From Eledone cirrhosa (Eukaryota): 64,000 bases of DNA. Below, piece by piece: positions 38,112-52,800 of the stretch. Location of the stretch: NCBI GenBank assembly GCA_964016885.1, contig OZ024740.1:440324001-440388000 (forward strand). The letters run 5' to 3'. The position numbers were made by a program, and so were the translations under genes. The first letter of the stretch is position 1; each line of letters opens with the position of its first letter. A model generated the notes under the pieces. That model had not been told where the DNA came from. It was given only the letters and a program-made list of their open reading frames with translations, and ran no database searches.

Positions 38112-41100
38112 TGTGATATGGATGTAGAGTGGGTGATATGGATGTAGAGTGTAGTGATATGGATGTACAGTGTTTTATATGGATGTAGAGTGTGTGATAT
38201 GGATGTAGAGTGTGTGATTTGGATGTGGAATGTGTGATATGGATGTAGAATGTGTGATATGGATATAGAGTGCCTGATATGGATGTAGAGTGTGTGATAT
38301 GGATGTAGAACGTGTGATATGGATATAGAGTGCGTGATATGGAAGAAGAGTGTACCATATGGATGTAGGCAGTGTGATATGGATGTACAGTGAGTGAAGT
38401 GGATGTAGAGTGTGTTATATGGATGTAGAGTGTGTGATATGGATGTAGAGTGTGTGATATGGATGTAGAATGTGTGATATGGACGTAGAGTGTGTGATAT
38501 GGATGAAGGATGTGTGATATGGATGTTGAATGTGTGACGTAGTTGTAGAGTGTGTGATATGGATATAGAGTGTAGTTATATGGATGTAGAATGTGTGATA
38601 TATATGTAGAGTGTGTGATATGGATGTAGAATGTAGTGATATGGATGTTGAGTGTGTGATATGGATGTAGAACGTGTGATATGGATATAGAGTGCCTGAT
38701 ATGGATGTAGAGTGTGTGATATGGATGTAGAATATGTGATATGGATGTAGAGCGTGTGACATGGATGTAGAGTGTGTAATAAGGATGTAGAATGTGTCAT
38801 ATGGATGAAGAGTGTGTGATATGGATGTAGAACTTGTGATATGGATATAGAGTGTGTGATATGGAAAAAGACTGTACCACATAGATGTAGGCAGTGTGAT
38901 ATGGATGTACAGTGAGTGATGTGGATGTAGAGTGTGTTATATGGATGTAGAGTGTGTGATATGGATGTAGAGTGTGTGATATGGATGTAGAATGTGTGAT
39001 ATGGACGTAGAGTGTGTGATATGGATGAAGAATGTGTGATATGGATGTTGAATGTGTGATGTAGTTGTAGAATGTGTGATATGGATATAGAGTGTAGTTA
39101 TATGGATGTAGAACGTGTGATATATATGTAGAGTGTGTGATATGGATGTACAGTGTAGCGATATGCATGTAGAATGTGTGATATGTATGTAGAGTGCCTG
39201 ATATGGATGTAGAGTGTGTGATATGGATGTAGATTGTGTAATATTGATGTAGAGTGTGTGATATGGATGTAGAGTGTGTGATATGGATGTAGAGTGTGTG
39301 ATATGGATGTAGATTGTGTAATATTGATGTAGAGTGTGTGATATGGATGTAGAGTGTGTGATATGGATGTAGAGTGGGTGATATGGATGTAGAGTGGGTG
39401 AAATGGATGTAGAGTATGTGATATGGAGGTAGAAAGTGTGATATGGATATAGAGTGGCTGATATGGATGTAGAGTGTGTGATATGGATGTAGAGTGTGTA
39501 ATATGGATGTAGAATGTATCATATGTATGTAGAATTTGTGGTATGGATGTAGAGCGTGTGATATGGATGTAGAGTGTGTGATATGGATGCAGAGCGTGTG
39601 ATATGCATGTAGCGTGTGAGATATGAATGTAGTGTGTGATATGGATGTAGAGTGTGTGATATGGATGTAGAGTGTGCGATATGGATATAGAATGTGTGAT
39701 ATGGATGTAGAAAGTGTGATATGGTTATCGAATGAGTGATATGGATGTAGAGTGTGTGACATGGATGTAGAATGCGTGATATGGATGTAGAATGTGTGAT
39801 ATGGATGTAGAGTGCCTGATATGGATGTAGAGTGTGTGATATGGATATAGAACGTGTAATAAGGATGTAGAACGTGTAATATTGATGTAGAGTGTGTGAT
39901 ATGGATGTAGAGTGTGTGATATGCATGTAGAGTGTGTGATATGGATGTAGAGTGGGTGATATGGATGTAGAGTGTAGTGATATGGATGTACAATGTTTTA
40001 TATGGATGTAGAGTGTGTGATATGGATGTAGAGTGTGTGATTTGGATGTGGAATGTGTGATATGGATGTAGAATGTGTGATATCGATGTATAACGTGTGA
40101 TATGGATGTAGAATGTAGTTATATGGATGTAGCGTGAGTGATATGGATGTAGAATGAGTGATATGCATGTAGAAGGTGTAATATGGATGTAGAATATGTG
40201 ATATGGATATAGAGTGTGTAATATGGATGTAGAGTGTGTAATATGGATGTAGGCAGTGTGATATGGATGCACAGTGAGTGATGTGGATGTACAGTGTGTG
40301 ATATGGATGTGGAATGTGTGATATTGATGTAGAAAGTGTGATACTGATGTAGACTGTGTGATAAGGATGTAGTGTGTGTGATATGGATGTAGAGTGTGCG
40401 ATATGAATATAGACAGTGTGATATGGATGTAGAGTGTGTCAGATGGATGTAGAATGTGTTATATGGATGTAGAGTGTGTGATATGGATATAGAGCGTGTG
40501 ATATGGATGTAGAATGTGTGATATGGACGTAGAGTGTGTGATATGGATGAAGAATGTGTGATATGGATGTTGAATGTGTGATGTAGATGTAGAGTGTGTG
40601 ATATAGATGTAGAGTGTAGTTATATGGATGTAGAATGTGTTATATGTATGTAGAGTATGTGATATGGATTTAGCGTGTGTGATATGGATTTAGAATGTGT
40701 GATGTGGTTGTCGAATGAGTGATTTGTATGTAGAGTGTGTGACATGGATGTAGAATGTGTGATGTGGATGTAGAATGTGTGATATGGATGTAGAGTGTGT
40801 GATATGGATGTAGAGTGTAGCGATATGCATGTAGAATGTGTGATATGGATGTAGAAGGTGTGATATGGATGTAGATCGTGTGACATGGATGTGGAGTGTG
40901 TAATAAGGATGTAGAATGTGTCATATGGATGAAGAGTGTGTGATATAGATGTAGAATGTGTGATATGGATGTAGAGTTGTGATATGGATGTAGAGTGGGT
41001 GATATGGATGTAGAGTGTAGTGATATGGATGTACAGTGTTTTATATGGATGTAGAGTGTGTGATATGGATGTAGAGTGTGTGATTTGGATGTGGAATGTG

Positions 41101-43862
41101 TGATATGGATGTAGAATGTGTGATATGGATATAGAGTGCCTGATATGGATGTAGAGTGTGTGATATGGATGTAGAACGTGTGATATGGATATAGAGTGCG
41201 TGATATGGAAGAAGAGTGTACCATATGGATGTAGGCAGTGTGATATGGATGTACAGTGAGTGAAGTGGATGTAGAGTGTGTTATATGGATGTAGAGTGTG
41301 TGATATGGATGTAGAGTGTGTGATATGGATGTAGAATGTGTGATATGGACGTAGAGTGTGTGATATGGATGAAGGATGTGTGATATGGATGTTGAATGTG
41401 TGACGTAGTTGTAGAGTGTGTGATATGGATATAGAGTGTAGTTATATGGATGTAGAATGTGTGATATATATGTAGAGTGTGTGATATGGATGTAGAATGT
41501 AGTGATATGGATGTTGAGTGTGTGATATGGATGTAGAACGTGTGATATGGATATAGAGTGCCTGATATGGATGTAGAGTGTGTGATATGGATGTAGAATA
41601 TGTGATATGGATGTAGAGCGTGTGACATGGATGTAGAGTGTGTAATAAGGATGTAGAATGTGTCATATGGATGAAGAGTGTGTGATATGGATGTAGAACT
41701 TGTGATATGGATATAGAGTGTGTGATATGGAAAAAGACTGTACCACATAGATGTAGGCAGTGTGATATGGATGTACAGTGAGTGATGTGGATGTAGAGTG
41801 TGTTATATGGATGTAGAGTGTGTGATATGGATGTAGAGTGTGTGATATGGATGTAGAATGTGTGATATGGACGTAGAGTGTGTGATATGGATTAAGAATG
41901 TGTGATATGGATGTTGAATGTGTGATGTAGTTGTAGAATGTGTGATATGGATATAGAGTGTAGTTATATGGATGTAGAACGTGTGATATATATGTAGAGT
42001 GTGTGATATGGATGTACAGTGTAGCGATATGCATGTAGAATGTGTGATATGTATGTAGAGTGCCTGATATGGATGTAGAGTGTGTGATATGGATGTAGAT
42101 TGTGTAATATTGATGTAGAGTGTGTGATATGGATGTAGAGTGTGTGATATGGATGTAGAGTGTGTGATATGGATGTAGATTGTGTAATATTGATGTAGAG
42201 TGTGTGATATGGATGTAGAGTGTGTGATATGGATGTAGAGTGGGTGATATGGATGTAGAGTGGGTGAAATGGATGTAGAGTATGTGATATGGAGGTAGAA
42301 AGTGTGATATGGATATAGAGTGGCTGATATGGATGTAGAGTGTGTGATATGGATGTAGAGTGTGTAATATGGATGTAGAATGTATCATATGTATGTAGAA
42401 TTTGTGGTATGGATGTAGAGCGTGTGATATGGATGTAGAGTGTGTGATATGGATGCAGAGCGTGTGATATGCATGTAGCGTGTGAGATATGAATGTAGTG
42501 TGTGATATGGATGTAGAGTGTGTGATATGGATGTAGAGTGTGCGATATGGATATAGAATGTGTGATATGGATGTAGAAAGTGTGATATGGTTATCGAATG
42601 AGTGATATGGATGTAGAGTGTGTGACATGGATGTAGAATGTGTGATATGGATGTAGAATGTGTGATATGGATGTAGAGTGCCTGATATGGATGTAGAGTG
42701 TGTGATATGGATATAGAACGTGTAATAAGGATGTAGAACGTGTAATATTGATGTAGAGTGTGTGATATGGATGTAGAGTGTGTGATATGCATGTAGAGTG
42801 TGTGATATGGATGTAGAGTGGGTGATATGGATGTAGAGTGTAGTGATATGGATGTACAATGTTTTATATGGATGTAGAGTGTGTGATATGGATGTAGAGT
42901 GTGTGATTTGGATGTGGAATGTGTGATATGGATGTAGAATGTGTGATATCGATGTATAACGTGTGATATGGATGTAGAATGTAGTTATATGGATGTAGCG
43001 TGAGTGATATGGATGTAGAATGAGTGATATGCATGTAGAAGGTGTAATATGGATGTAGAATATGTGATATGGATATAGAGTGTGTAATATGGATGTAGAG
43101 TGTGTAATATGGATGTAGGCAGTGTGATATGGATGCACAGTGAGTGATGTGGATGTAGAGTGTGTGATATGGATGTGGAATGTGTGATATTGATGTAGAA
43201 AGTGTGATACTGATGTAGACTGTGTGATAAGGATGTAGTGTGTGTGATATGGATGTAGAGTGTGCGATATGAATATAGACAGTGTGATATGGATGTAGAG
43301 TGTGTCAGATGGATGTAGAATGTGTTATATGGATGTAGAGTGTGTGATATGGATGTAGAGCGTGTGATATGGATGTAGGATGTGTGATATGGACGTAGAG
43401 TGTGTGATATGGATGAAGAATGTGTGATATGGATGTTGAATGTGTGATGTAGATGTAGAGTGTTTGATATAGATGTAGAGTGTAGTTATATGGATGTAGA
43501 ATGTGTTATATGTATGTAGAGTATGTGATATGGATTTAGCGTGTGTGATATGGATTTAGAATGTGTGATGTGGTTGTCGAATGAGTGATATGTATGTAGA
43601 GTGTGTGACATGGATGTAGAATGTGTGATGTGGATGTAGAATGTGTGATATGGATGTAGAGTGTGTGATATGGATGTAGAGTGTAGCGATATGCATGTAG
43701 AATGTGTGATGTGGATGTAGAAGGTGTGATATGGATGTAGATCGTGTGACATGGATGTGGAGTGTGTAATAAGGATGTAGAATGTGTCATATGGATGAAG
43801 AGTGTGTGATATAGATGTAGAATGTGTGATATGGATGTAGAGTTGTGATATGGATGTAGAGT
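38112..43862. repeat. Tandem duplication of a 2,866-bp satellite block with a few substitutions
   Basis: ORFs at 38415/41281, 38576/41442 and 38797/41663 share offset 2866. Single differences are visible, such as ILHPY vs ILNPY in the 491-aa translations. Confidence 0.9.
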
Positions 43863-46800
43863 ATAGTGATATGGATGTAGAATGTGTGATATTGATGTAG
43901 AGTGTGTGATATAGATGTAGAGTGTGTGATATGGATGTAGAATATGTGATATGGATGTAGAGTGTGTGATATGGATGTAGAGTGTGTGATATGGATGTAG
44001 AGTGTGTGATATGAATGTAACCTGTGTGTGATATGGATGTCGTATGTGTGATATGGACGTAGAGAGTATGATATGGATGTAGAGTGTGTGATATGGATGT
44101 AGAATGTGTGATGTGGTTGTCGAATGAGTGATATGGATGTAGAGTGTGTGATATGGATGTAGAATGTGTGATATGGATGTAGAATGTGTGATATGGATGT
44201 AGAGTGAGTGATATGGATGTAGATTGTAGCGATATGAATGTAGAATGTGTGATATGGATGTAGAGTGCCTGATATGGATATAGAGTGCCTGATATGGATA
44301 TAGAGCGTGTGATATGGATGTAGAATATGTGATATGGATGTAGAGCGTGTGACATGGATGCAGAGTGTGTAATATGGATGTAGAATGTGTCATATGGATA
44401 TAGAGTGCCTGATATGCATGTAGAATGTGTGTTATGGATGTAGGGTGTGTGATATGGATGCAGGATGTGTGATATGGATGTAGGCAGTGTGATATGTATG
44501 TACAGTGAGGGATGTGGATTTAGATTCTGTGATATGGATGTAGAATGTGTGATATGGATGTAGATTGTAGTGATATGGATGTAGAGTGTGTGATATGAAT
44601 GTAGAATATGTGTGATATGGATGTAGAATGTGTGAGATGGATGTAGAATGTGCGATATGGATGTAGAATGTGTGATATGGATGTAGAATGTAGTGATATG
44701 GATGTTGAGTGTGTGATATGGATGTAGAATGCGTGATATGGATATAGAGTGCCTGATATGGATGTAGAGTGTGTGATATGGATGTAGAATGTGTGATATG
44801 GATGTAGAGCGTGTGACATGGATGTAGAGTGTGTAATAAGTATGTAGAATGTGTCATATGGATGAAGAGTGTGTGATATGGATGTAGAACGTGTGATATG
44901 GATATAGAGTGCGTGATATGGAAGAAGAGTGTACCATATGGATGTAGGCAGTGTGATATGGATGTACAGTGAGTGAAGTGAATGTAGAGTGTGTTATATG
45001 CATGTAAAGTGTGTGATATGGATGTAGAGTGTGTGATATGGATGTAGAATGTGTGATATGGACGTAGAGTGTGTGATATGGATGAAAGATGTGTGATATG
45101 GATGTTGAATGTATGACGTAGTTGTAGAGTGTGTGATATGGATATAGAGTGTAGTTATATGGATGTAGAATGTGTGATATATATGTAGAGTGTGTGATAT
45201 GGATTTAGAGTGTGTGATATGGATGTAGAATGTGTGATGTGGTTGTCGAATGAGTGATATGGATGTAGAGTGTATGACATGGATGTAGAATGTGTGATAT
45301 GGATGTAGAGTGTGTGATATGGATGTAGAGTGTAGCGATATGCATGTAGAATGTGTGATATGGACGTAGAATGTGTGATATGGATATAGAGTGCCTGATA
45401 TGGATGTAGAGTGTGTGATATGGATGTAGAATGTGTGATATGGATGTAGAATGTGTCATATGGATGAAGAGTGTGTGATATAGATGTAGAATATGTGATA
45501 TGGATGTAGAGATTGTGATATGGATGTAGAATGTGTGATGTCGATGTAGAATTTGTGATATGGATGTAGAGTGTGAGATATGGATGTAGAGTGTGTGATA
45601 TGAATGTAACTTGTGTGTGATATGGATGTAGTATGTATGATATGGATGTAGAGTGTGTGATATGGATGTAACCTGTGTGTGATATGGATGTAGAGTGTAG
45701 TGATATCGATGTAGAGTGTTTGATATGGATGTAGAGTGTGTGATATGGATGTGGAATGTGTGATATGGATGTAGAGTGTATGATATGGATGTAGAGTGTG
45801 TGACATGGATGTAGAATGTGTGACATGGATGTAAAAAGTGTGATATGGATGTAGAGTGTGTGATATGGATGTAGATTGTAGCTATATGCATGTAGAATGT
45901 GTGATATGGATGTAGAGTGCCTGATATGGATGTAGAGTGTGTGATATGGATGTAGAGTGGGTGATAATGATGTAGAGTGTGTGATATGGATGTAGAATGT
46001 GTGATATGGATATAGAGTGCCTGATATGGATGTCGAGTGTGTGATATGGATGTAGAATGTGTGATATGGATGTAGAGTGTGTGACATGGATGTAGAGTGT
46101 GTAATATGGATATAGAATGTGTCATATGGATGTAGAAGTTGTGGTATGGATGTAGAGTATGTGATATGGATGTAGAGTGTCTGATATGGATGCAGAGCGT
46201 GTGATATGGATGTAGAGTGTGTCATATGGATATAGAATGTGTGATATGGATGTAGAATGTGTAATATTGATGTAGAGTGTGTGATATGGATGTAGAGTGT
46301 GTGATATGGATGTAGAGTGTGTGATATGGATGTAATATGTGTGATATGGATGTAGAGTGTGTGATATGGATGTAGATTGGGTGATATGGATGTAGAGTGT
46401 AGTGATATGGATGTACAGTGTTTGATATGGATGTAGAGTGTATGATATGGATGTAGAGTGTGCGATATGGATGTGGAATGTGTGATATGGATATAGAACG
46501 TGTGATATGCATGTAGAATGTAATTATATGGATGTAGCGTGTGCGATATGGATGTAGAATGAGTGATATGGATGTAGAATGTGTAATATGGATATAGAGT
46601 GTGTAATATGGATGTAGAATGTGTAATATGGATGTAGGCAGTGTGATATGGATGTACAGTGAGTGATGTGGATGTAGAGTGTCTGATATGGATGCACAGT
46701 GTGTTATATGGATGTGGAACGTGTGATATGGATGTAGAACGTGTGATACTGATGTAGACTGTGTGATATGTATGTAGAGTGTGTCAGATGGATGTAGAAT

Positions 46801-49800
46801 GTGTGAAATGGATGTAGAGTGTAGTTATATGGATTTAGAATGTGTGATATGGATGTAGAACGTGTGATATGGATATAGAGTGTGTGATATGGAAGTAGAG
46901 TGTGCCATATGGATGTAGGCAATTTGATATGCAAGTACAGTGAGTGATGTGGATGTAGAATGTGTTATATGGATGTAGAGTGTGTGATATGGATGTAGAG
47001 TGTGTGATATGGATGTAGAATGTGTGATATGGACGTAGAGTGTGTGATATGGATGTGAATGTGTGATGTAGATGTAGAGTGTGTGATATAGATGTAGAGT
47101 GTAGTTATATGGATGTAGAATGTGTGATATGTATGTAGAGTGTGTGATATGGATTTAGAGTGTGTGATATGGATGTAGAATGTGTGATGTGGTTGTTGAA
47201 TGAGTGATATGGATGTAGAGTGTGTGACATGGATGTAAAATGTGTGATATGGATGTAGAATGTGTGATATGGATGTAGAGTGTGTGATATGGATGTAGAG
47301 TGTAGCGATATGCATGTAGGATGGGTGATATGGATGTAGAATGTGTGATATGGATATAGAGTGCCTGATATGGATGTAGAGTGTGTGATATGGATGTAGA
47401 ATGTGTGATATGGATGTAGAGCTTGTGACATGGATGTGGAGTGTGTAATAAGGATGTAGAATGTGTCATATGGATATAGAGTGCCTGATATGTATGTAGA
47501 AAGTGTGATATGTATATAGGGTGTGTGATATAGATGTAGAAAGTGAGATATGGATGTAGAGTTTGTGATATGGATGTAGAGTATAGTGATATGGATGTAG
47601 AATGTGTGATATTGATGTAGAGTGTGTGATATGGATGTAGAGTGTGTGATATGGATGTAGATTGTGTGATATGGACGTAGAATATGTGATATGGATGTAG
47701 AGTGTGTGATATGGATGTAGAGTGTGTGATATGAATGTAACCTGTGTGTGATATGGATGTAGTATGTATGATATGGATGTAGAGTGTGTGATATGGATGT
47801 AACCTGTGTGTGATATGGATGTAGTATGTATGATATAGATGTAGAGTGTAGTGATATGGATGTAGAGTGTTTGATATGGATGTAGAGTGTGTGATATGGA
47901 TGTGGAATGTGTGATATGGATGTAGAATGTGTGATATGGATGTAGAGTGTTTGATATGGATGTAGAGAGTATGATATGGATGTAGAGTGTGTGATATGTA
48001 TGTAGAATGTGTGATGTGGTTGTCGAATGAGTGATATGGATGTAGAGTGTGTGACATGGATGTAGAGTGACTGATATGCATGTAGATTGTAGCGATATGC
48101 ATGTAGAATGTGTGATATGGATGTAGAGTGCCTGATATGGATATAGAGTGCCTGATATGGTTGTAGAGTGTGTGATATGGGAGAAGAATGTGTGATATGG
48201 ATGTAGAGTGTGTAATAAGTATGTAGAATGTGTCATATGGATGAAGAGTGTGTGATATGGATGTAGAACGTGTGATATGGATATAGAGTGCGTGATATGG
48301 AAGAAGAGTGTACCATATGGATGTAGGCAGTGTGAAATGGATGTACAGTGAGTGAAGTGGATGTAGAGTGTGTTATATGGATGTAGAGTGTGTGATATGG
48401 ATGTAGAGTGTGTGATATGGATGTAGAATGTGTGATATGGACGTAGAGTGTATGATATGGATGAAGAATGTGTGATATGGATGTTGAATGTGTGATGTAG
48501 TTGTAGAGTGTGTGATATGGATATAGAGTGTAGTTATATGGATGTAGAATGTGTGATATATATGTAGAGTGTGTGATATAGATTTAGAGTGTGTGATATG
48601 GATGTAGAATGTGTGATGTGGTTGTCGAATGAGTGATATGGATGTAGAGTGTATGACATGGATGTAGAATGTGTGATATGGATGTAGAATGTGTGATATG
48701 GATGTAGAGTGTGTGATATGGATGTAGAGTGTAGCGATATGCATGTAGAAAGTGTGATATGGACGTAGAATGTGTGATATGGATATAGAGTGCCTGATAT
48801 GTATGTAGAAAGTGTGATATGTATATAGGGTGTGTGATATAGATGTAGAAAGTGAGATATGGATGTAGAGTGTGTGATATGGATGTAGAGTGTGTGATAT
48901 GGATGTAGATTGTGTGATATGGATGTAGAATATGTGATATGGATGTAGAGTGTGTGATATGGATGTAGAGTGTGTGATATGAATGTAACCTGTGTGTTAT
49001 ATGGATGTAGTATGTATGATATGGATGTAGAGTGTGTGATATGGATGTAACCTGTGTGTGATATGGATGTAGTATGTATGATATAGATGTAGAGTGTACT
49101 GATATGGATGTATAGTGTTTGATATGGATGTAGAGTGAGTGATATGGATGTGGAATGCGTGATATGGATGTAGAATGTCTGATATGGATGTAGAGTGTTT
49201 GATATGGATGTAGAGAGTATGATATGGATGTAGAATGTGTGATATGGATGTAGAACGTGTGACATGGATGTAGAGTGTGTAATATGGATGTAGAATGTGT
49301 CATATGGATGAAGAGTGTGTGATATAGATGTAGAATGTGTGATATGGATGTAGAGATTGTGATATGGATGTAAAGTATAGTGATATGGATGTAGAGCGTG
49401 TGATATCGATGTAGAATTTGTGATATGGATGTAGAGTGTGGGATATGAATGTAGAATGTGTGATATGGATGTAGAGTGTGTGATATTGATGTAGAGTGTG
49501 TGATATGGATGTAGTGTGTGATATGGATGTAGAGTGTGTAATATGGATGTAGAATATGTGATATGGATGTAGAGTGTGTGATATGAATGTAATCTGTGTG
49601 TGATATGGATGTAGTATGTATGATATGGATGTAGAGTGTGTGATATGGATGTAACCTGTGTGTGATATGGATGTAGAGTGTAGTGATATGGAGGTAGAGT
49701 GTTTGATATGGATGTAGAGTGTGTGATATGGATGTGGAATGTGTGATATGGATGTAGAGTGTATGATATGGATGTAGAGTGTGTGACATGGATGTAGAAT

Positions 49801-52800
49801 GTGTGATGTGGTTGTCGAATGAGTGATATGGATGTAGAGTGTGTGACATGGATGTAGAATGTGTGACATGGATGTAGAATGTGTGATATGGATGTACAGT
49901 GTGTGATATGGATGTAGATTGTAGCTATATGCATGTAGAATGTGTAATATGGATGTAGAGTGCCTGATATGGATGTAGAGTGTGTGATATTGATGTAGAG
50001 TGGGTGATAATGATGTAGAGTGTGTGATATGGATAGAGAGTGCCTGATATGGATGTAGAGTGTGTGATATGGATGTAGAATGTGTGATATGGATGTAGAG
50101 TGTGTGACATGGATGTAGAGTGTGTAATATGGATGTAGAATGTGTCATAGGGATGTAGAAGTTGTGGTATGGATGTAGAGTGTGTAATATGGATGTAGAA
50201 TGTATCATATGGATGAAGAGTGTGTGATATAGATGTAGAATGTGTGATATGGATGTAGAGATTGTGATATGGATGTAGAGTATAGTGATATGGATATAGA
50301 ATGTGTGATATGGATGTAGAATGTGTAATATTGATGTAGAGTGTGTGATATGGATGTAGAGTGTGTGATATGGATGTAATAAGTGTGATATGGATGTAGA
50401 GTGTGTGGTATGGATGTAGAGTGTAGCGATATGCATGTAGAATGTGTGATATGGATGTAGAATGTGTGATATGGATATAGAGTACCTGATATGGATGTAG
50501 AGTGTGTGATATGGATGTAGAATGTGTGATATGGATGTAGAACGTGTGACATGGATGTAGAGTGTGTAATATGGATGTAGAATGTATCATATGGATGAAG
50601 AGTGTGTGATATAGATGTAGAATGTGTGATATGGATGTAGAGATTGTGATATGGATGTAGAATGTGTGATATCGATGTAGAATTTGTGATATGGATGTAG
50701 AGTGTGGGATATGGATGTAGAATGTGTGATATGGATGTAGAGTGTGTGATATTGATGTAGAGTGTGTGATATGGATGTAGAGTGTGTGATATGGATGTAG
50801 AGTGTGTGATATGGATGTAGAGTGTGTGATATGGAGTAGAGTGTGTGATATGAATGTAACCTGTGTGTGATATGGATGTAGTATGTATGATATTGATGTA
50901 GAGTGTGTGATATGGATGTAACATGTGTGTGATATGGATGTAGAGTGTAGTGATATGGATGTACAGTGTTTGATATGGATGTAGAGTGTGTGATATGGAT
51001 GTGGAATGTGTGATATGGATGTAGAGTGTATGATATGGATGTAGAGTGTGTGACATGGATATAGAACGTGTGATGTGGTTGTCGAATGAGTGATATGGAT
51101 GTAGAGTGTGTGACATGGATGTAGAATGTGTGACATGGATGTAGAATGTGTGATATGGATGTAGAGTGCCTGATATGGATGTAGAGTGTGTGATATTGAT
51201 GTAGAGTGGGTGATAATGATGTAGAGTGGGTGATAATGATGTAGAGTGTGTGATACGGATAGAGAGTGCCTGATATGGATGTAGAGTGTGTGATATGGAT
51301 GTAGAATGTGTGATATGGATGTAGAGTGTGTGACATGGATGTAGAGTGTGTAATATGGATGTAGAATGTGTCATAGTGATGTAGAAGTTGTGGTATGGAT
51401 GTAGAGTATGTGATATGGATGTAGAGTGTCTGATATGGATGCAGAGCGTGTGATATGGATGTAGCGTGTGCGATATGAATGTAGTGTGTGATATGGATGT
51501 AGAGTGTGTGATATGGATATAGAATGTGTGATATGGATGTAGAATAGTAATATTGATGTAGAGTGTGTGATATGGATGTAGAGTGCGTGATATGGATGTA
51601 GAGTGTGTGATATGGATGTAATACGTGTGATATGGATGTAGAGTGTGTGGTATGGATGTAGAGTGTGTGATATGGATGTAGAGTGTAGCGATATGCATGG
51701 AGAATGTGTGATATGGATGTAGAATGTGTGATATGGATATAGAGTGCCTGATATGGATGTAGAGTGTGTGATATGGATGTAGAATGTGTGATATGGATGT
51801 AGAACGTGTGACATGGATGTAGAGTGTGTAATATGGATGTAGAATGTGTCATATGGATGAAGAGTGTGTGATATAGATGTAGAATGTGTGATATGGATGT
51901 AGAGTTTGTGATATGGATGTAGATATAGTGATATGGATGTAGAATGTGTGATATCGATGTAGAATTTGTGATATGGATGTAGAGTGTGGGATATGGATGT
52001 AGAATGTGTGATATGGATGTAGAGTGTGTGATATTGATGTAGAGTGTGTGATATGGATGTAGAGTGTGTGATATGGATGTAGAGTGTGTGATATGGATGT
52101 AGATTGTAGTGATATGGATGTAGAGTGTGTGATATGGATGTCGAATATGTGTGATATGGATGTAGAATGTGTGAGATGGATGTAGAGTGTGTGATATGGA
52201 TGTAGAATGTGTGGTATGGATGTAGAGCGTGTGACATGGATGTGGAGTGTGTAGTAAGGATGTAGAATGTGTCATATGGATGAAGAGTGTGTGATATAGA
52301 TGTATAACGTGTGATATGGATATAGAGTTGTGATATGGATGTAGAGTATAGTGATATGGATGTAGAATGTGTGATATTGATGTAGAGTGTGTGATATAGA
52401 TGTAGAGTGTGTGATATGGATGTAGAGTGTGTGATATGGATGTAGAATATGTGATATGGATGTAGATTGTGTGATATGGATGTAGAGTGTGTGATATGAA
52501 TGTAACCTGTGTGTGATATGGATGAAGTATGTATGATATGGATGTAGAATATGTGATATGGATGTAACCTGTGTGTGATATAGATGTAGAGTGTAGTGAT
52601 ATGGATGTAGAGGGTTTGATATGGATGTAGAGTGTGTGATATGGATGTGGAATGTGTGATATGGATGTAGAAAGTGTGATATGGATGTAGAATGTGTGAT
52701 ATGGATATAGAGTGCCTGATATGTATGTAGAATGTGTGATATGGATGTAGCGTGTGTGATATGGATGTAGGATGTGTGATATGGATATAGAGTGTGTAAT

